Below are positions 26,429-41,066 of a stretch of DNA of 64,000 nt, one piece after another (within the stretch, counting starts at the first letter, position 1; the number at the start of each line of letters is the position of its first letter). The notes beneath the pieces are model-generated. The model was not told where the DNA came from. It made no database searches and saw only the letters and a list, made by a program, of their open reading frames with translations. Both the position numbers and the translations under genes were made by a program. The stretch is from the NCBI GenBank assembly GCA_964016885.1, contig OZ024747.1, forward strand, positions 25,978,001-26,042,000. Direction: 5' to 3'. This DNA is from Eledone cirrhosa. Its lineage: Eukaryota.

Positions 26429-26482
<54 letters not shown>

Positions 26483-26664
26483 AAGAAGGCGTGGTAAGAT
26501 ACCAGGTGGACCATAACGCACCAGAGTACTCAATACTTAGGGTAGTAGAATGGGTAACAGGAAAATAGTCAGGACCCCGACGGCTGTGTTCTGGCCGTAT
26601 CGACAGCTAGATCTAGCTGTTGAAACGGCCGGAGCTCAGCCGTCGGATCCTGACTCTTTTCCTG

Positions 26665-26864
<200 letters not shown>

Positions 26865-27232
26865 GATAAATCTACCAAGAGTTTACAGTAGTGTCCAATC
26901 CGTATGAAGATAATTTTGTACATAGATCTGTTGAATATGCATGCCAATTCTAACACATATATATCCTAGAAACGATCGTTAAATAATGAACTTTTTTTGT
27001 TTAATATAAGGAATTGGTTCATTGTTTATTCATTATTTGTTTAATATTTTATATATATATATATATATTTTAGTAAGTAAGTTAATGTTATAATTTTCTT
27101 ATTTTACGTCTCTTATATTATTGTTCTGCAACCCCATGCATTGAACCACAATGTTATTAAGACAAAACCTATATATTTGCTAGCATCGATATGCATTTGT
27201 ATGTATATATATGTTACTAGATATAAATTCTT

Positions 27233-27354
<122 letters not shown>

Positions 27355-27365
27355 GTATATCTATC

Positions 27366-27640
27366 TAAGGCGGGTAAAATTCCCGAGATCCATGGACGAG
27401 TTCTCTCCAGCGGTCTCTGTCCCTCATTATCGCTGCCATGTCCTGCATCTCCAACAGACCAGTGTCTGTCCTTAGGGCATCAACATACGTTAACCTTGGT
27501 CTTCCTCTTCTAGTGTGTCCATGTAGGGGCTCCCAAAGGAGTACTGAGTGCAATGTCAACTCTGGATGTCGGTGAGCATGTCCAGTTAACCTCAGTCTCC
27601 CCTGTGTCACTTTTGAGCTGACTTTTGGGATGCTCCCATA
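27366..27640 (-). mobile_element. RTE-clade LINE 3' fragment
   Basis: [33 protein letters not shown], typical RTE C-terminus. Confidence 0.8.
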
Positions 27641-27644
27641 TATA

Positions 27645-28056
<412 letters not shown>

Positions 28057-28934
28057 CATACATATATATATATATTCATTTGTTCATATTTGCAACAACG
28101 CAGCACGGCATTTTTCATTCATATATATGTATATATATATATACACACACACTTTTCTAATATCAGTCAAAAATCTTTTTTTAACGGTTCGTATTTTTTA
28201 AAGAATCCCCACTAAGAAAAAAATGCAAATGAAAATAGAAAAGTGAACATACAACAAAGCTCAGAGTTTAAATAAAGAATAAATACTTAATCCTTCATTA
28301 ATTTATCTACCAAATAACGTAATTTCAAGAGCATTTCGTGCCTCCTTTCACCAAAACTTTATACAAACAGACGACATAATTTCTGCTATTGGTATTTTGA
28401 GTAAAACTGCTATACGGACAGAAAACGAAAGATAAATAAATAAAAACAACAATTTGTGTTTGGAATTGTTTGAATTTGTTTTCAGAACATATTTCTAAAA
28501 TAGATTTTCATCGGTGTTCATATTATCTTAGTTTTATTCATTTTCCCTTCTATGTTTGTATAAAGTAAACTATGAAAGATTGACAATGTTACTTATTCCT
28601 GTTGATTAAGTTTCTAAATACAAAGTGTTTAGATCAACATATAATAACAGTAACCAGATATTGATTTATTTTTATTGTTATCTATCTTCTAATATTTTCT
28701 TTCTTTACCTTAGGCTCTTTCATTTTGTTATTTATTCATTTGTTTTGTATTTTCTCAAACGTTTTCATTTCGATTAAAAAAATTTCTTTGAATATTTAAG
28801 AAAGAAAAAAAATCTCTTTTCTTTTTATTAGAGTTCCTTTGTTCAGCTATCAATTTACAAAAGTGACAAAAAGAAAGAGAAAACTGAGGGTACAAAAGCG
28901 AGAGGAATGGAGGAAAACTTGGTACCCTTGGGAA

Positions 28935-29030
28935 AACTGTCTAACCACGCGGACAAAATGGCGGAAGCATTGCCACGGAGAACAGCCAGCAATAACAACT
29001 GCATCAGCCATTCCAGCTAGCAGGGCTTTT
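28935..29030 (-). mobile_element. Degenerate CRE-like REL LINE C-terminal fragment
   Basis: Minus strand reads EWLMQLLLLAVLRGNASAILSA; similar to 58498-58725. Confidence 0.55.
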
Positions 29031-29211
29031 GATATATTAATATCATACTCACACGAAGTTGTTTATCTTACTGATTAACGTATGTGGTTACTCTGAGTAA
29101 TGGGTTTGTATTTTTAATGATATAAACCTAACCATATTGAGTAAGTAAGAAAACGACCGAAGCTGTGCGGATTCTCTTCGACTAGATTCATATACCTATG
29201 TATGTATGTAT

Positions 29212-29990
29212 GTTCTTCTGGTCTTATAATTTCACAAAGTTTTACCAATAGAGAGAGAGTCGGTTTCTAACATAGACACAAGACTCTCTCATTGGAATTT
29301 ACACATCAACTAGGTAGATATGTAAGTATGCATGCATGTGTAGATATGGATGTTAATGTGGATGTGGATGTTATTGTATGTGTGCATGTGTATATGCTTT
29401 GCATCTGTACCTGTGTATATGCAGTTATCTGATGCAAAATTTTTGGAATGTTTTACATATTTTTACTGTTCCATTAATGGATTGTACTTGTAATTTCCTA
29501 ACTAGTTGTGTTCTTTCTGTTCTTGTGAAGCCTAGCTTCTCAAGATTTGTATTGAGGCAGTTACTAACATATCCCAGTGCCTCAATAATCACAGGCATAA
29601 ATCTGAAGGTGTAATCAGGGTGGAGTATCTGCAGATATCTCATCAGTTCTGCATAAATATTCTCCTTTTTACTAATCTTTGATATTATATTGGCATCTGC
29701 TGGGCAGCTAATTTCCACTACTGTGCATGCTTTCTTCTCCCTGTTATGCCTGCATTGGGGTTTTTACTGGAACATTCCACCAGTACTCTTTCATATTATG
29801 TACATGGATGTCTTCCACATTGCAGTAGCTTTTAATGTGTTTATTATCGGGCTATCTTTTTTACGAACTGCATTGTACAGTGTTTTGGCCACTACATCAT
29901 GTCTCATAGGTAGATAGTACCGCGATGACGTCTTTGGACAGCTGCTGATGACATGGGTGATATCCTCGATGTTAGTTCTGCAGAGTCTGA
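29212..29990 (-). mobile_element. Frameshifted 3' fragment of R4-like REL LINE in (TATG)n
   Basis: RLC..EDITHVISSC..RHDVVAK; VEISCPAD..KENIY..KICKTF. Confidence 0.82.
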
Positions 29991-30094
29991 TGTATGTATG
30001 TATGTATGTATGTATGTATGTATGTATGTATGTATGTATGTATGTATGTATGTATGTATGTATGTATGTATGTATGTATGTATGCATGTATGTC

Positions 30095-30650
30095 TCATGG
30101 TCGGGTCGTTGGCGACTAAACTGGCAACCCCACCAAGGTTTCTTGGTGAGGAGGGTGACTTTGGACATTCTGCAGGACTAAAAACAAAACCTGTCAAAGG
30201 GCAAAGGAGCTCTTAAGAGTCAATGGCCATCCAAAATCACCGGGAGAGATGACCCCTTAGCCTTTGTCAAGGCAGAATTCTAGGAGAAGGAAAACTCTGA
30301 TATAACACCTGCAACCCTGATGGTATCCAATGATGTTGACTTGTTCTTCTTTTTGGTAAATATCATCTTGGTTAAGAGAGTGGGACTGGCTTTGTGCAGT
30401 GCCTTTGCTCACTATAAAAGCTTCACGGCACAGGCATTGCTTTATATCTGGAGATCTCTCTGCACTTGTCGTCACATGGTACCAAAGGCAAAGCACTATG
30501 TGTCGATAATTGTCACAAGTGTAGTGTTTGTACCAGAGTTTTCAAGTCGCTGGCTGGACTAAAAAGTCACACTCGTTCAGCGCATCGGTAGGGGTTCTCC
30601 TACATGGATATAAAGTAGTGGCCATACTCGAAAACGAGTTGGCAGCCACC
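30095..30650 (+). mobile_element. ~555-bp non-coding retroposon with (ATGT)n tail; copies at 53317-53865(+, diverged), 55204-55605(-, 5'-truncated), 62093-62650(-)
   Basis: High identity among copies, fixed 3' end GGCAGCCACC, one 5'-truncated copy. Confidence 0.8.
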
Positions 30651-30717
30651 ATGTATGTATGTATGTATGTATGTATGTATGTATGTATGTATGTATGTAT
30701 GTATGTATGTATGTATG

Positions 30718-30773
<56 letters not shown>

Positions 30774-30942
30774 TATACATACATATATGTATAACACGCC
30801 ATCATATATATATATGAAATATATATATTTAGGTTAGTTGGTTCACCACTGGATACAACTGGTCATTCCGTATGGTCAATCTCGATGTAATATTATGGAG
30901 AGTAGTCAACGTAATGCAACTCACCCGCCTTCGTTTGTGTAG

Positions 30943-31074
30943 TTGGTGGTGCGAGTACGGAGTTAATTATTATAAAATAACAGGAGGCTGGACTGGTGTA
31001 AATCCTTGGAAAGGTTTATCATACTATGATCATTTCAATGAGCGGTTTCAGTGTGAATCCGGTGATATCATCAG
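30943..31074 (+). CDS. Candidate internal exon of an unidentified host gene
   Basis: CTCAC..TTCGTTTGTGTAG acceptor, CAG|GTATT donor, 132 nt open: WWCEYGVNYYKITGGWTGVNPWKGLSYYDHFNERFQCESGDII. Confidence 0.4.
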
Positions 31075-31119
31075 GTATTCGAAATATAACAAAGGAATAT
31101 AACAGATAAAATCCATGGG

Positions 31120-31162
<43 letters not shown>

Positions 31163-31621
31163 TGAGCTTGATCCTACACGTGATTCGTGCGTGTGCGTGT
31201 ATGAGTGAGTGTTTGTGCTGATGCAAAACATAGCACGTCCTCCCCGCTCGCCATTAAATACACACATATGACGTTAATTATGACATGAAGATGAAATAAT
31301 TGTAGTTTCAGAAAACGTGAGAAAAGCAAGATATTCATAAGCCTATGGATAACGGCTTAAGGAAGATAGGTAAGAAAGAACGAGACAAAAGATGTTGATG
31401 AATAAAGAAATAGATAGATATACAAGTGCATATATAAATGGTTTAACAAATGCGTTGTGAGTGAAATTTGGTAGCTAGAAACTGGGTGGAAGCCCATCGT
31501 ATATACACACACACAAATAATAATAAATAAACAGACACACGCACACACACAAACACACACACACCACACACACACTCAAACACATGCACACACATATACA
31601 CACACTCAAACACACACACAG

Positions 31622-31652
<31 letters not shown>

Positions 31653-31662
31653 GATATATATA

Positions 31663-31852
31663 GAAGTAGTTCCACAACAGTTAAGTCACAATTTCCGAGA
31701 ACAATTGTTTCACATTTGTCGGATCATCAGCTCGGTTGAAACAATCTTTCTCGGAAATGGTGAATTAACTGTTGTGGAACTACTGCTACCAAACTGGTCC
31801 CATGGACTGAGTGCTCTACTACTACGAATAAAACCCACCAGTGTTCTACTAA
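31663..31852. mobile_element. Fold-back element related to 23957-24390, hammerhead 31695-31735 (-)
   Basis: CCGAG-CTGATGA..GAAA-CAATTG-TT-CTCGG on the minus strand; helix II weak. Confidence 0.75.
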
Positions 31853-31916
31853 TTTATATATGTATATATATATACGATATATTAACAAATGGAAACTATA
31901 TTTATAAAACTATATT

Positions 31917-31981
31917 TATTTCATTATACATATTTCAAGGACATCAAGTCAAATTATGGTGCGCTTTCATCAGATAAAATA
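31917..31981 (-). ncRNA. Minimal hammerhead ribozyme in a PLE-end fragment
   Basis: TATTTTAT-CTGATGA-AAGCGCACCA..TGATGTCCTT-GAAA-TATGTA-TA-ATGAAATA. Confidence 0.72.
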
Positions 31982-32126
31982 TAACATAGATCAGTTTTAT
32001 AAATAAATCTTGACATACCCTTAAAGAATGCGACCATTTCTGTTGGAAGCTCCCGGATAGTTGAGTGCTTTATATCAGTTATAAAAATATTTGCTTGTTG
32101 TATCCCAACAATTTAAATATAACTTC

Positions 32127-32181
<55 letters not shown>

Positions 32182-34348
32182 TAGTTTAATATATTTATTT
32201 CGATACACGTGTTTCATCAACCCCATTCAGCAGGCGAATGAGGTCTGGGGTGTTACCAGAAGCACTTCCAAACTGATCCCAGAAAAGTTTCCCCACCACG
32301 TTCTTTTTACGTGTGTGTCGCTTCCTCCAGGATCCACCAGATAATCAACTCCGTTGGAATTACTCGAAATCCTAACCATTGAAATTCTCCCTGAATCGAA
32401 GAGAAAAGAAGGTATTAGTCAACAGGAGATCACAGAATGTTTGATTCTGCGGGCTTTGCTGTTAAAAAGCAGTTATCTCCCAAAACTGCTTTGCTCTCAC
32501 GACACGTTTTATGTCGGTATATATATCTTTCAAGGCCCTTTCAACTTATGCGTGTAGTACTCCTTCTAACCGCCACGACATTATTGAGATACACCGATCA
32601 CACAGCTCATGTATTCTCCATTTTCATCAATTTGGCTTGTGACAAATCATTGCCTTTATTTGGTATGCAAATTTCAAAAAGTTCTGCTGTTTTTGCAGCT
32701 GTTGATGTACAAGCGTTGATGTTCTTGTTGTCGTTAGTGATATCACTATTGTTTTTGCCGCTGTTATTTTCGTTGTTGATTTCTGCCATATTTATAGTTG
32801 TTGTAGTAGTAGTAGTGGCGGTGGTGGTGAGTCATGTTGGTAGAGGAGGTTGTGGTAGTGTTATTGTTTTCATTGCCTTGAGATTTCAAAGTTGTGCTAA
32901 TATTTTTGTTGATTTTGGTTATGTTAGGTTTTGTAGTGTGTCAGCTGTTTGCAGTGCTGGGAGAAGAACTGTTGTATGTTATTTCATGTTTATTGTTGAA
33001 CTTTGAGCTGAAATTTGGCTGTTCCATTCTGTAGCCAGCCAATTGTTTTCTGCGGGTGAACTTTTATTTACCCCCATATTTTTACAAACAAATTTTGGGG
33101 GACAAACTCAAATAACACGCAGATTTAAACTTAAAGGACTAAAGATAGAGAAAAACTGACTGGTTCAATTGGAATTTGATTGGTTCATCTACAAAACGTT
33201 TCCACAGAAAACGTTTTATAGACATAATAAATTGTATACAAATGAGAGAAAATCTAAGAAGCGTTCCCTTCAGCGAGAACAATAATAATGGTTTTTGATT
33301 TAGGCACAAGGCCAGCAATTTTGGGGGAGGGGAAAATCGATTAAATCGACCCCAGTGAGTGACTGCTACTTTATTTTATCGATCCCATAAGGATGGAAGG
33401 CAAAGTTGACCTCGGCGAGATTTGAACACAGCGAGAACAATAATAATGGTTTCTAATTTAGGCACATGGCCAGCAATTTGGAGGGAGAGAGAAAGTCGGT
33501 TGTACCGACTCCAGTAGTGCTTTATTTTATCGACTCCGGAATGATGAAACGGAAAGTTGACCTCGGCGAGATTTGATCTCAGAAAGTAAAGAGGCAAAGA
33601 CGGAATGGAAGAAAGAGGGATTCATGATATGCAATATAATTAATCGACATAAAACGATAGTTGGAATGGTTTGAAGAAATATAAACTGAAGGAAAACGAG
33701 AAAGAATAAGCGAAAACAGTGTAAAAAAAATGTTAAATAATGAAAGAATCACTGTTACAAAGCAGTAAGAAAAGAAAAGGAGAACTCGATTTAAAAGAAA
33801 GAAAGAAAGAAGGAAATAAATAGATAAATAGATAAATAAATAAATAAAGAAAGAAAGAAAGAAAAGAAACAATAAATAGGTTTTGAAGAAGAAATCAAGA
33901 ATTGGAAAACCAGTGTGATAGGATATAGGAATTATAAAAGCATTGCATTTTAAAATATTTGTAAAAAGTAAACATAAAAAAAAACTAAAAGACGAATAAA
34001 TTACATATATGAAAAAATAAATAAAATAAATGTATGAGTGAATAAATACATAAATAAAAGAAAATCTTAACTGAAGCTTCAAATGCCGTACATAAAATTC
34101 AAATATCATGAAAAAATAAAATTTTCTAAAGATGTGGTTACGTTAGAAATGTCGGTTTGTGAATGATGATCAAACAGAGTTGTATATGTATGTATGCATG
34201 TATGTATGTATTTATGTATGTATGTATGTATGTATGTATGTATGTATGTATGTATGTATGTATGTATGTATATATATATGTATATATATATAGATTAGAT
34301 ATGTATATATACATGTATATATATGTATATATATGTATATATATATAA

Positions 34349-34413
<65 letters not shown>

Positions 34414-34892
34414 CACTTTTATACATGCATACACATGCATGTATGTATATATACATATATACCCATGAAGAATTCATTTCCATTTACTTTTTTCTCTAGA
34501 TGTGTTCTTTTTTATTTATATATTCCCATTATTTCGAAGAAAAAAAGTTAACAAGAAAAAAAAAAAGATTAATCGACTAAAACGATCCTCAGTCATCTCT
34601 AAAAAATTACGGTGCTACTATAGGAACCAAAAGCCTTTCTGAACATGGTGAATTCCTCGATTAAGGAAATCAAAATAATTGTATACACACATACATACAA
34701 TAATTGTATACACACATACATACCTAGATGATTACTGAATTCTACCGTGTAGTGAATAGTCATTTCCACAATGATATGCTTTTTGATGAAGTGTGATAAA
34801 TAATTAAGTATTGCATATGATTGTAGTCAGCATAGGTAGACTATTATAATGGACACAGAAACATATGTTAAAGCAATTAAATTCCTAATCTC

Positions 34893-34992
<100 letters not shown>

Positions 34993-35370
34993 TAAAATAA
35001 CAGATTAAAGTTTAAGCAAAGAATCGCTGCTTTCACCCTTAACGGGATCTTCTGAAACTAACAAAGTCAATCTGTAAACGCAGAACTGGATATTTCAAAA
35101 AACGTTGCAACCGGAGGAAGACAGGAAGAAGTTTTAGGTATGTTTTCCTGTTTTTTGAAATATCCAGTTCTGCGTTTACAGATTGACTTTGTTAGTTTCA
35201 GAAGATCCCGTTAAGGGTGAAAGCAGCGATTCTTTGCTTAAACTTTAATCTGTTATTTTAATAAATATTTGCTCTACGGTTCTTATATATTTGATATATA
35301 TTTTCCTTATCGAGCCCTCTTTGGATTTAGTCTTCAATTTTATTATTATTACTATATATATATATATATA

Positions 35371-35485
35371 TAGTTGTAATAAAATGAAAACGAAATTTTA
35401 TTTCTCACTCTTAGTACGGCACTTACTTAAATGTAAGTATGTATGTATACGTACATACATATATGTATACAGGCGTACAGTAGCA

Positions 35486-35551
<66 letters not shown>

Positions 35552-35992
35552 CAGGTACACATACATATATGTACGTATCAGTTTAGCGGACGCTTATTAT
35601 AGCGCCCGCTTTGTTCGTTTGTACACAAACTGAACAGCCTGAATTTTATGCCGTACGGTGTTAAGGCAACCACGTCACCTTTTTGTTCAACACTGACACA
35701 GGGACGATGTACTAGTTTCAAGCTTGTTAGCTATCATCAGCACCGTATACCCTTCTGCCAGATGGTTGAACGTTCGAAAGTATATACTTTCCTTATGAAA
35801 ATTAACGGCTGAGCAGCCTAATTTGCATATCGAGTGAGTTAAATCGGTCAGGTGCACCGAAAACGATGAGTTGTAATAAAATGAAAACGAAATTTCATTT
35901 CTCACTCTTAGTACGGCACTTACAAACGAACAAAGCGGGCGCTATAATAAGCGTCCGCTAAACTGATACGTACATATATGTATGTGTACCTG

Positions 35993-36084
<92 letters not shown>

Positions 36085-36515
36085 TGCTACTGTACGTCTG
36101 TATACATATATGTATGTACATATACATACATACTTACATTTAAGTAAGTGCCGTACTAAGAGTGAGAAATGAAATTTCGTTTTCATTTTATTACAACTCA
36201 TCGTTTTCGGTGCGCCTGACCGATTTAACTCACTCGATATGCAAATTAGGCTGCTCAGCCGTTAATTTTCATAAGGAAAGTATATACTTTCGAACGTTCA
36301 ACCATCTGGCAGAAGGGTATACGGTGCTGATGATAGCTAACAAGCTTGAAACTAGTACATCGTTCCTGTGTCAGTGTTGAACAAAAAGGTGACGTGGTTG
36401 CCTTAACACCGTACGGCATAAAATTCAGGCTGTTCAGTTTGTTTACAAAAGAACAAAGCAGGCGCTATAATAAGCGTCCGCTAAACTGATACGTACATAT
36501 ATGTATGTGTACCTG

Positions 36516-36581
<66 letters not shown>

Positions 36582-36632
36582 TGCTACTGTACGTCTGTAT
36601 ACATATATGTATGTACGTATACATACATACTT
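35371..36632. mobile_element. Inverted pair of partial tandem arrays of a ~477-bp non-coding hammerhead-bearing unit (retrozyme-like)
   Basis: Unit recurs at 36082 and 36559; inversion point ~35920; hammerheads 35704-35746(-) and 36321-36363(+). Confidence 0.78.
36321..36363 (+). ncRNA. Minimal hammerhead ribozyme
   Basis: ACGGTG-CTGATGA-TAGCTAACAAGCTT-GAAA-CTAG-TA-CATCGT. Confidence 0.8.
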
Positions 36633-36649
36633 ATATATATATATATATA

Positions 36650-37322
<673 letters not shown>

Positions 37323-37330
37323 TCTATATG

Positions 37331-37364
<34 letters not shown>

Positions 37365-37369
37365 TATGT

Positions 37370-37490
37370 GAAGGCGTGTGGCTGAGTGGTTAAAGAAGTG
37401 GATTCGCAATCGTAAGGTTGTGAGTTCGATTCCTGGACCAGGCGATGCGTTATGTCCTTGAGCAAGACACTTTATTTCACGTTGCTCCTT
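37370..37490 (+). mobile_element. tRNA-derived SINE-T head; others at 40175-40441(-, near full length), 54345-54450(-), 63764-63880(+)
   Basis: A-box TGGCTGAGTGG, B-box GAGTTCGATTCC, then GTCCTTGAGCAAGACACTTTATTTCACGTTGCTCC. Confidence 0.8.
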
Positions 37491-37748
37491 CTACCTGGAG
37501 TTGCGACCGATAGATAGTATTAGCAATTGGAAAGACCAACGGAAACATTGTTCCCTCGGTCCGATTTGACGAAAGTCGATCGTTCCTTTTATATATGTGT
37601 GTGTGTTTGTGTGTGTGTATGTGTGTATGTATGTATACTTACATGGTACCCGTCACAAATTACGAGATTTACAATATAAAAATGTGTAATTTAATAATTT
37701 CTTTATTACAATCATCTAAGTAAAGAAACTTGATAGAGGGATAGATAT

Positions 37749-38035
37749 ATTTCTTTATTTGCCACAAGGGCGCACAAGAAAAGGGGACAATACAAAGACA
37801 TGCCGGGGATTTTACATACAGTCGTGTAAAAAATATAAAACAAACCATTATAACAATCGAAATCCCCAATAGGAGGGAGGCGCCACAAATGGGTTGTTTA
37901 ATACCCCGTCGATAGAACAACCCTCAACTCCAGGAGCGTGTTGTGCAAGTGCCCCTTTCTTCCTTTTGCTTTCTTCTTTAACCTACAGGTTTATATACAG
38001 AGAAGGCCCAACCACTCGGGCCATTTTCGCTTCTA
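37749..38035 (-). mobile_element. Tx1 3' fragment, diverged subfamily
   Basis: Minus strand AKMARVVGPSL..* and tail CCCTTGTGGCAAATAAAGAAAT. Confidence 0.75.
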
Positions 38036-38130
38036 GATAGATAGCTAGATAGATAGGTGTAACTGCGCGTTTATATGTTTTGTCTGTTCTGTATGGTGTA
38101 TTTTTATTTGGTGAACGTTTCCCTTTATTT

Positions 38131-38164
<34 letters not shown>

Positions 38165-38619
38165 CTAACTTTCTCTCTCTCTCTCTCTTGCTATCTCTCT
38201 CCTAACTTTCTCTCTAGCTATCTTTGTTTTGTTTTTTTCACGCTCCATTCTCTCTCGCGCGCCCTCTATCTGTATCTGTCCACTTGTGTGAATGTGTGTG
38301 TTTGTACGTGGATATGTGTATGTATGTGCATGGATTAATGTGTGAGTGCATGTACGTATGAATGTGTATGCATGTTTGTTTGTGTGTGTGAGTGCAAGCG
38401 GCAGCAATGTCTGTAGCGTTACTATGTATGTGGTTATGTGAATGTACACGTGTGTAAGTATTACTATCATGTGTGTGTGTCTGTGTGTATGTGTGTGTGT
38501 GTCTGTGTGTAGAAGCCAAAATTAATCTAGTGTTTATAATTCTATCATGCGTGTCTGTATGTGTGTGTGCATGTGTATGTATTATGGTCTCACGTGTGTG
38601 TATGTGTGTGTGTGTGTGT

Positions 38620-39050
38620 GTGTGTGTCTGTGTGTGTGTGTACAGTGCTATCATGTGTGTGCGTGTCTATTCAATGCTATATGTGCGTATAGATGCGTCT
38701 ATTATGTTATCTCTGCGTGCGTGTGTGTACATGTGTGTATGTGCATGTATGTTCAATGCTATCATGAGTGTGTTATACGTATGTGTGTGTATGCGTATGT
38801 CTCATGTTCTCAAGTGTGTATGTGTGTGTGTGTGTACAGTGCTATCATGTGTGTGCTCATGTGTGTACATGTGTGTATGTGCAGTATGTTCAATGCTATC
38901 ATGAGTGTGTTTATGTGCGTGTGTTATACGTATGTGTGTGTATGTGTGTGTGTGTGTACAGTGCTATCATGTGTGTGCTCATGTGTGTACATGTGTGTAT
39001 GTGCAGTATGTTCAATGCTATCATGAGTGTGTGTATGTGCGTGTGTTATA
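38620..39050. repeat. TG-rich minisatellite, ~120-bp period
   Basis: Recurrent GTACAGTGCTATCATG / TTCAATGCTATCATGAG. Confidence 0.8.
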
Positions 39051-39668
39051 CTATCATTACGAAAGATCAGATCATTCAACGGAAATATTAAAACTATATT
39101 CTTCATCGAGATATCCCTTCCAGACTCATTCCCCCGCTCACACTCTCTCTACATCTCCCACTACCTCTCTCTCTATATCTCTCAATCTCTCCCCCTCTTT
39201 CTATCTTTCACTACATTTCTCTCTCACTCAATCTCATATTATATTTCTCACTATCGCAATCTCTGTTTCTCTCGTTCTCCCTCTCTATCTCTTTCTCTCT
39301 TTTTGTTTCCCCCCCTCTCTCTTTCTCTCCTTCTCCTTCTCTCACTAATACACACATTCTCTCTCTCTGCCGCATTCTCTGTCTGTCTGTTCCAACATTC
39401 TCTATTTTAGTCTTTCTTTCTATTCATCTCTCTCTCTCTTTCTCTCTTTCTCTCTCTCTCTGTATATATATATATATATATATATATCATACACGTTATC
39501 CCCCCCCTCTCTCCCTCTCTCTCTTTCTCATGTGGTTTGTTTGTTAACTCGCCTTTGTTCCGTTTAGAAGACTTTATTAGATGTCAGCTGTCGGCACCAA
39601 TAATTAGGAAGCTTAATCAAAATAAGCGCATTTCAATAATGATGGATGCATAGATACACGTACACAGC

Positions 39669-39700
<32 letters not shown>

Positions 39701-39966
39701 CACATATATACACATATATATATACACATATATACACATATATATATATATGAATATGCATGCATATTGATCTATCTATCTATATATATGTGTATATACA
39801 TACAATCATACACACATATGTATACAGTATATATATATATATATGTATACAGTATATATATATATATATATATATATAGATATATATAAGTATAGCTATA
39901 TATAAATATATATATAAATATTACCCAGAAAGATTAAACACTCGTTGATTATTATTTACTTTGTAT

Positions 39967-39997
<31 letters not shown>

Positions 39998-41066
39998 CAG
40001 AGAGAGAGAGAGAGAGAGAGAGACGGTGTTCCCAAAATGTATACATACATTTATTAGAATGCTGGTGAAGTATGTATACATTTTTTTTTTTTTTTTGGTC
40101 GGGGACATCCTGCATATATCTATCTATATATCTATCTATATATATATATAAAAGTTTAAAGTCTAAAGTCTGTCTTAAGCCAGAAGGCTCATTTGACCGG
40201 TGCTTATCCCGGTTTCATGGCGTGAAGCGACTGAGAGAACAAGACTCCCCCCTGGACAGGACGCCAGTCCATCGCAGGGTTAAACCTCCAGCTATTGCTG
40301 GCACTCATTTTCAGCTGAGTATACTGGAGCAACGTGAAATGAAGTGTTTTGCTCAAGAACACAACACGCAACCCAGGAATCGAGCCCACGACGTTATGAT
40401 CGTAAGTCCAACACCCTTACCACTGGCCCACGTGCCTCCACATATAAATATATATATATCGTTATATATATATTGTTATACTTGGGGAGGGTCATATTTG
40501 TGTAATAATATTGCGAGAATTAATAACAGAACACACTCATTGTTTGGTTGGTTTTCGCTTCTGTGTCCTTTATATCGGTTAGTTTAATTTATTCGGTCCT
40601 CAATGTTACCATTGACTGACCAACGGTCAAAGATACAGATACAATATAGACACAAACACATATATATATAGTCTAACATCGTCAGTGGTGCTATTATGTT
40701 TCCTCCCGTTGCATTGTATGCCTACGCCATCTTTATTTAGTCTGTTTATTTATTTATTTATTTGTTTATTTTTTTGTCTTTTCTGCGCATGCGTTTGCGT
40801 GTGTGTATAGTGTTTTGTTTAATGTGTGTTCGTGTTTGGGTAACTGTGTATTGGTTATTGTATTCTATCTTAGTTTACTAGTGTGTGTTTATATGTGTTT
40901 GTTGTTATTGTACTTGTGTATGTATTTATTTATTTATTTATTTATTTATACTTCTCTTAGGTCAGTGTTGTTTGTTTGGGTGTTGTTGTTATTTCATTCA
41001 TTTTTTCTGTTTAGCCTTGGCCTTCTAAGTTCTCTATATATATATCGTTATATATATATATATATA

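Noticed and set aside
32227-32390. Minus-strand candidate exon (good acceptor, 54 open codons)
   Set aside because: No recognisable protein and no partner exons; cannot be supported
37370-37445. Possible tRNA gene
   Set aside because: A/B boxes are present, but there is no proper acceptor stem and it runs into a SINE body seen in other copies
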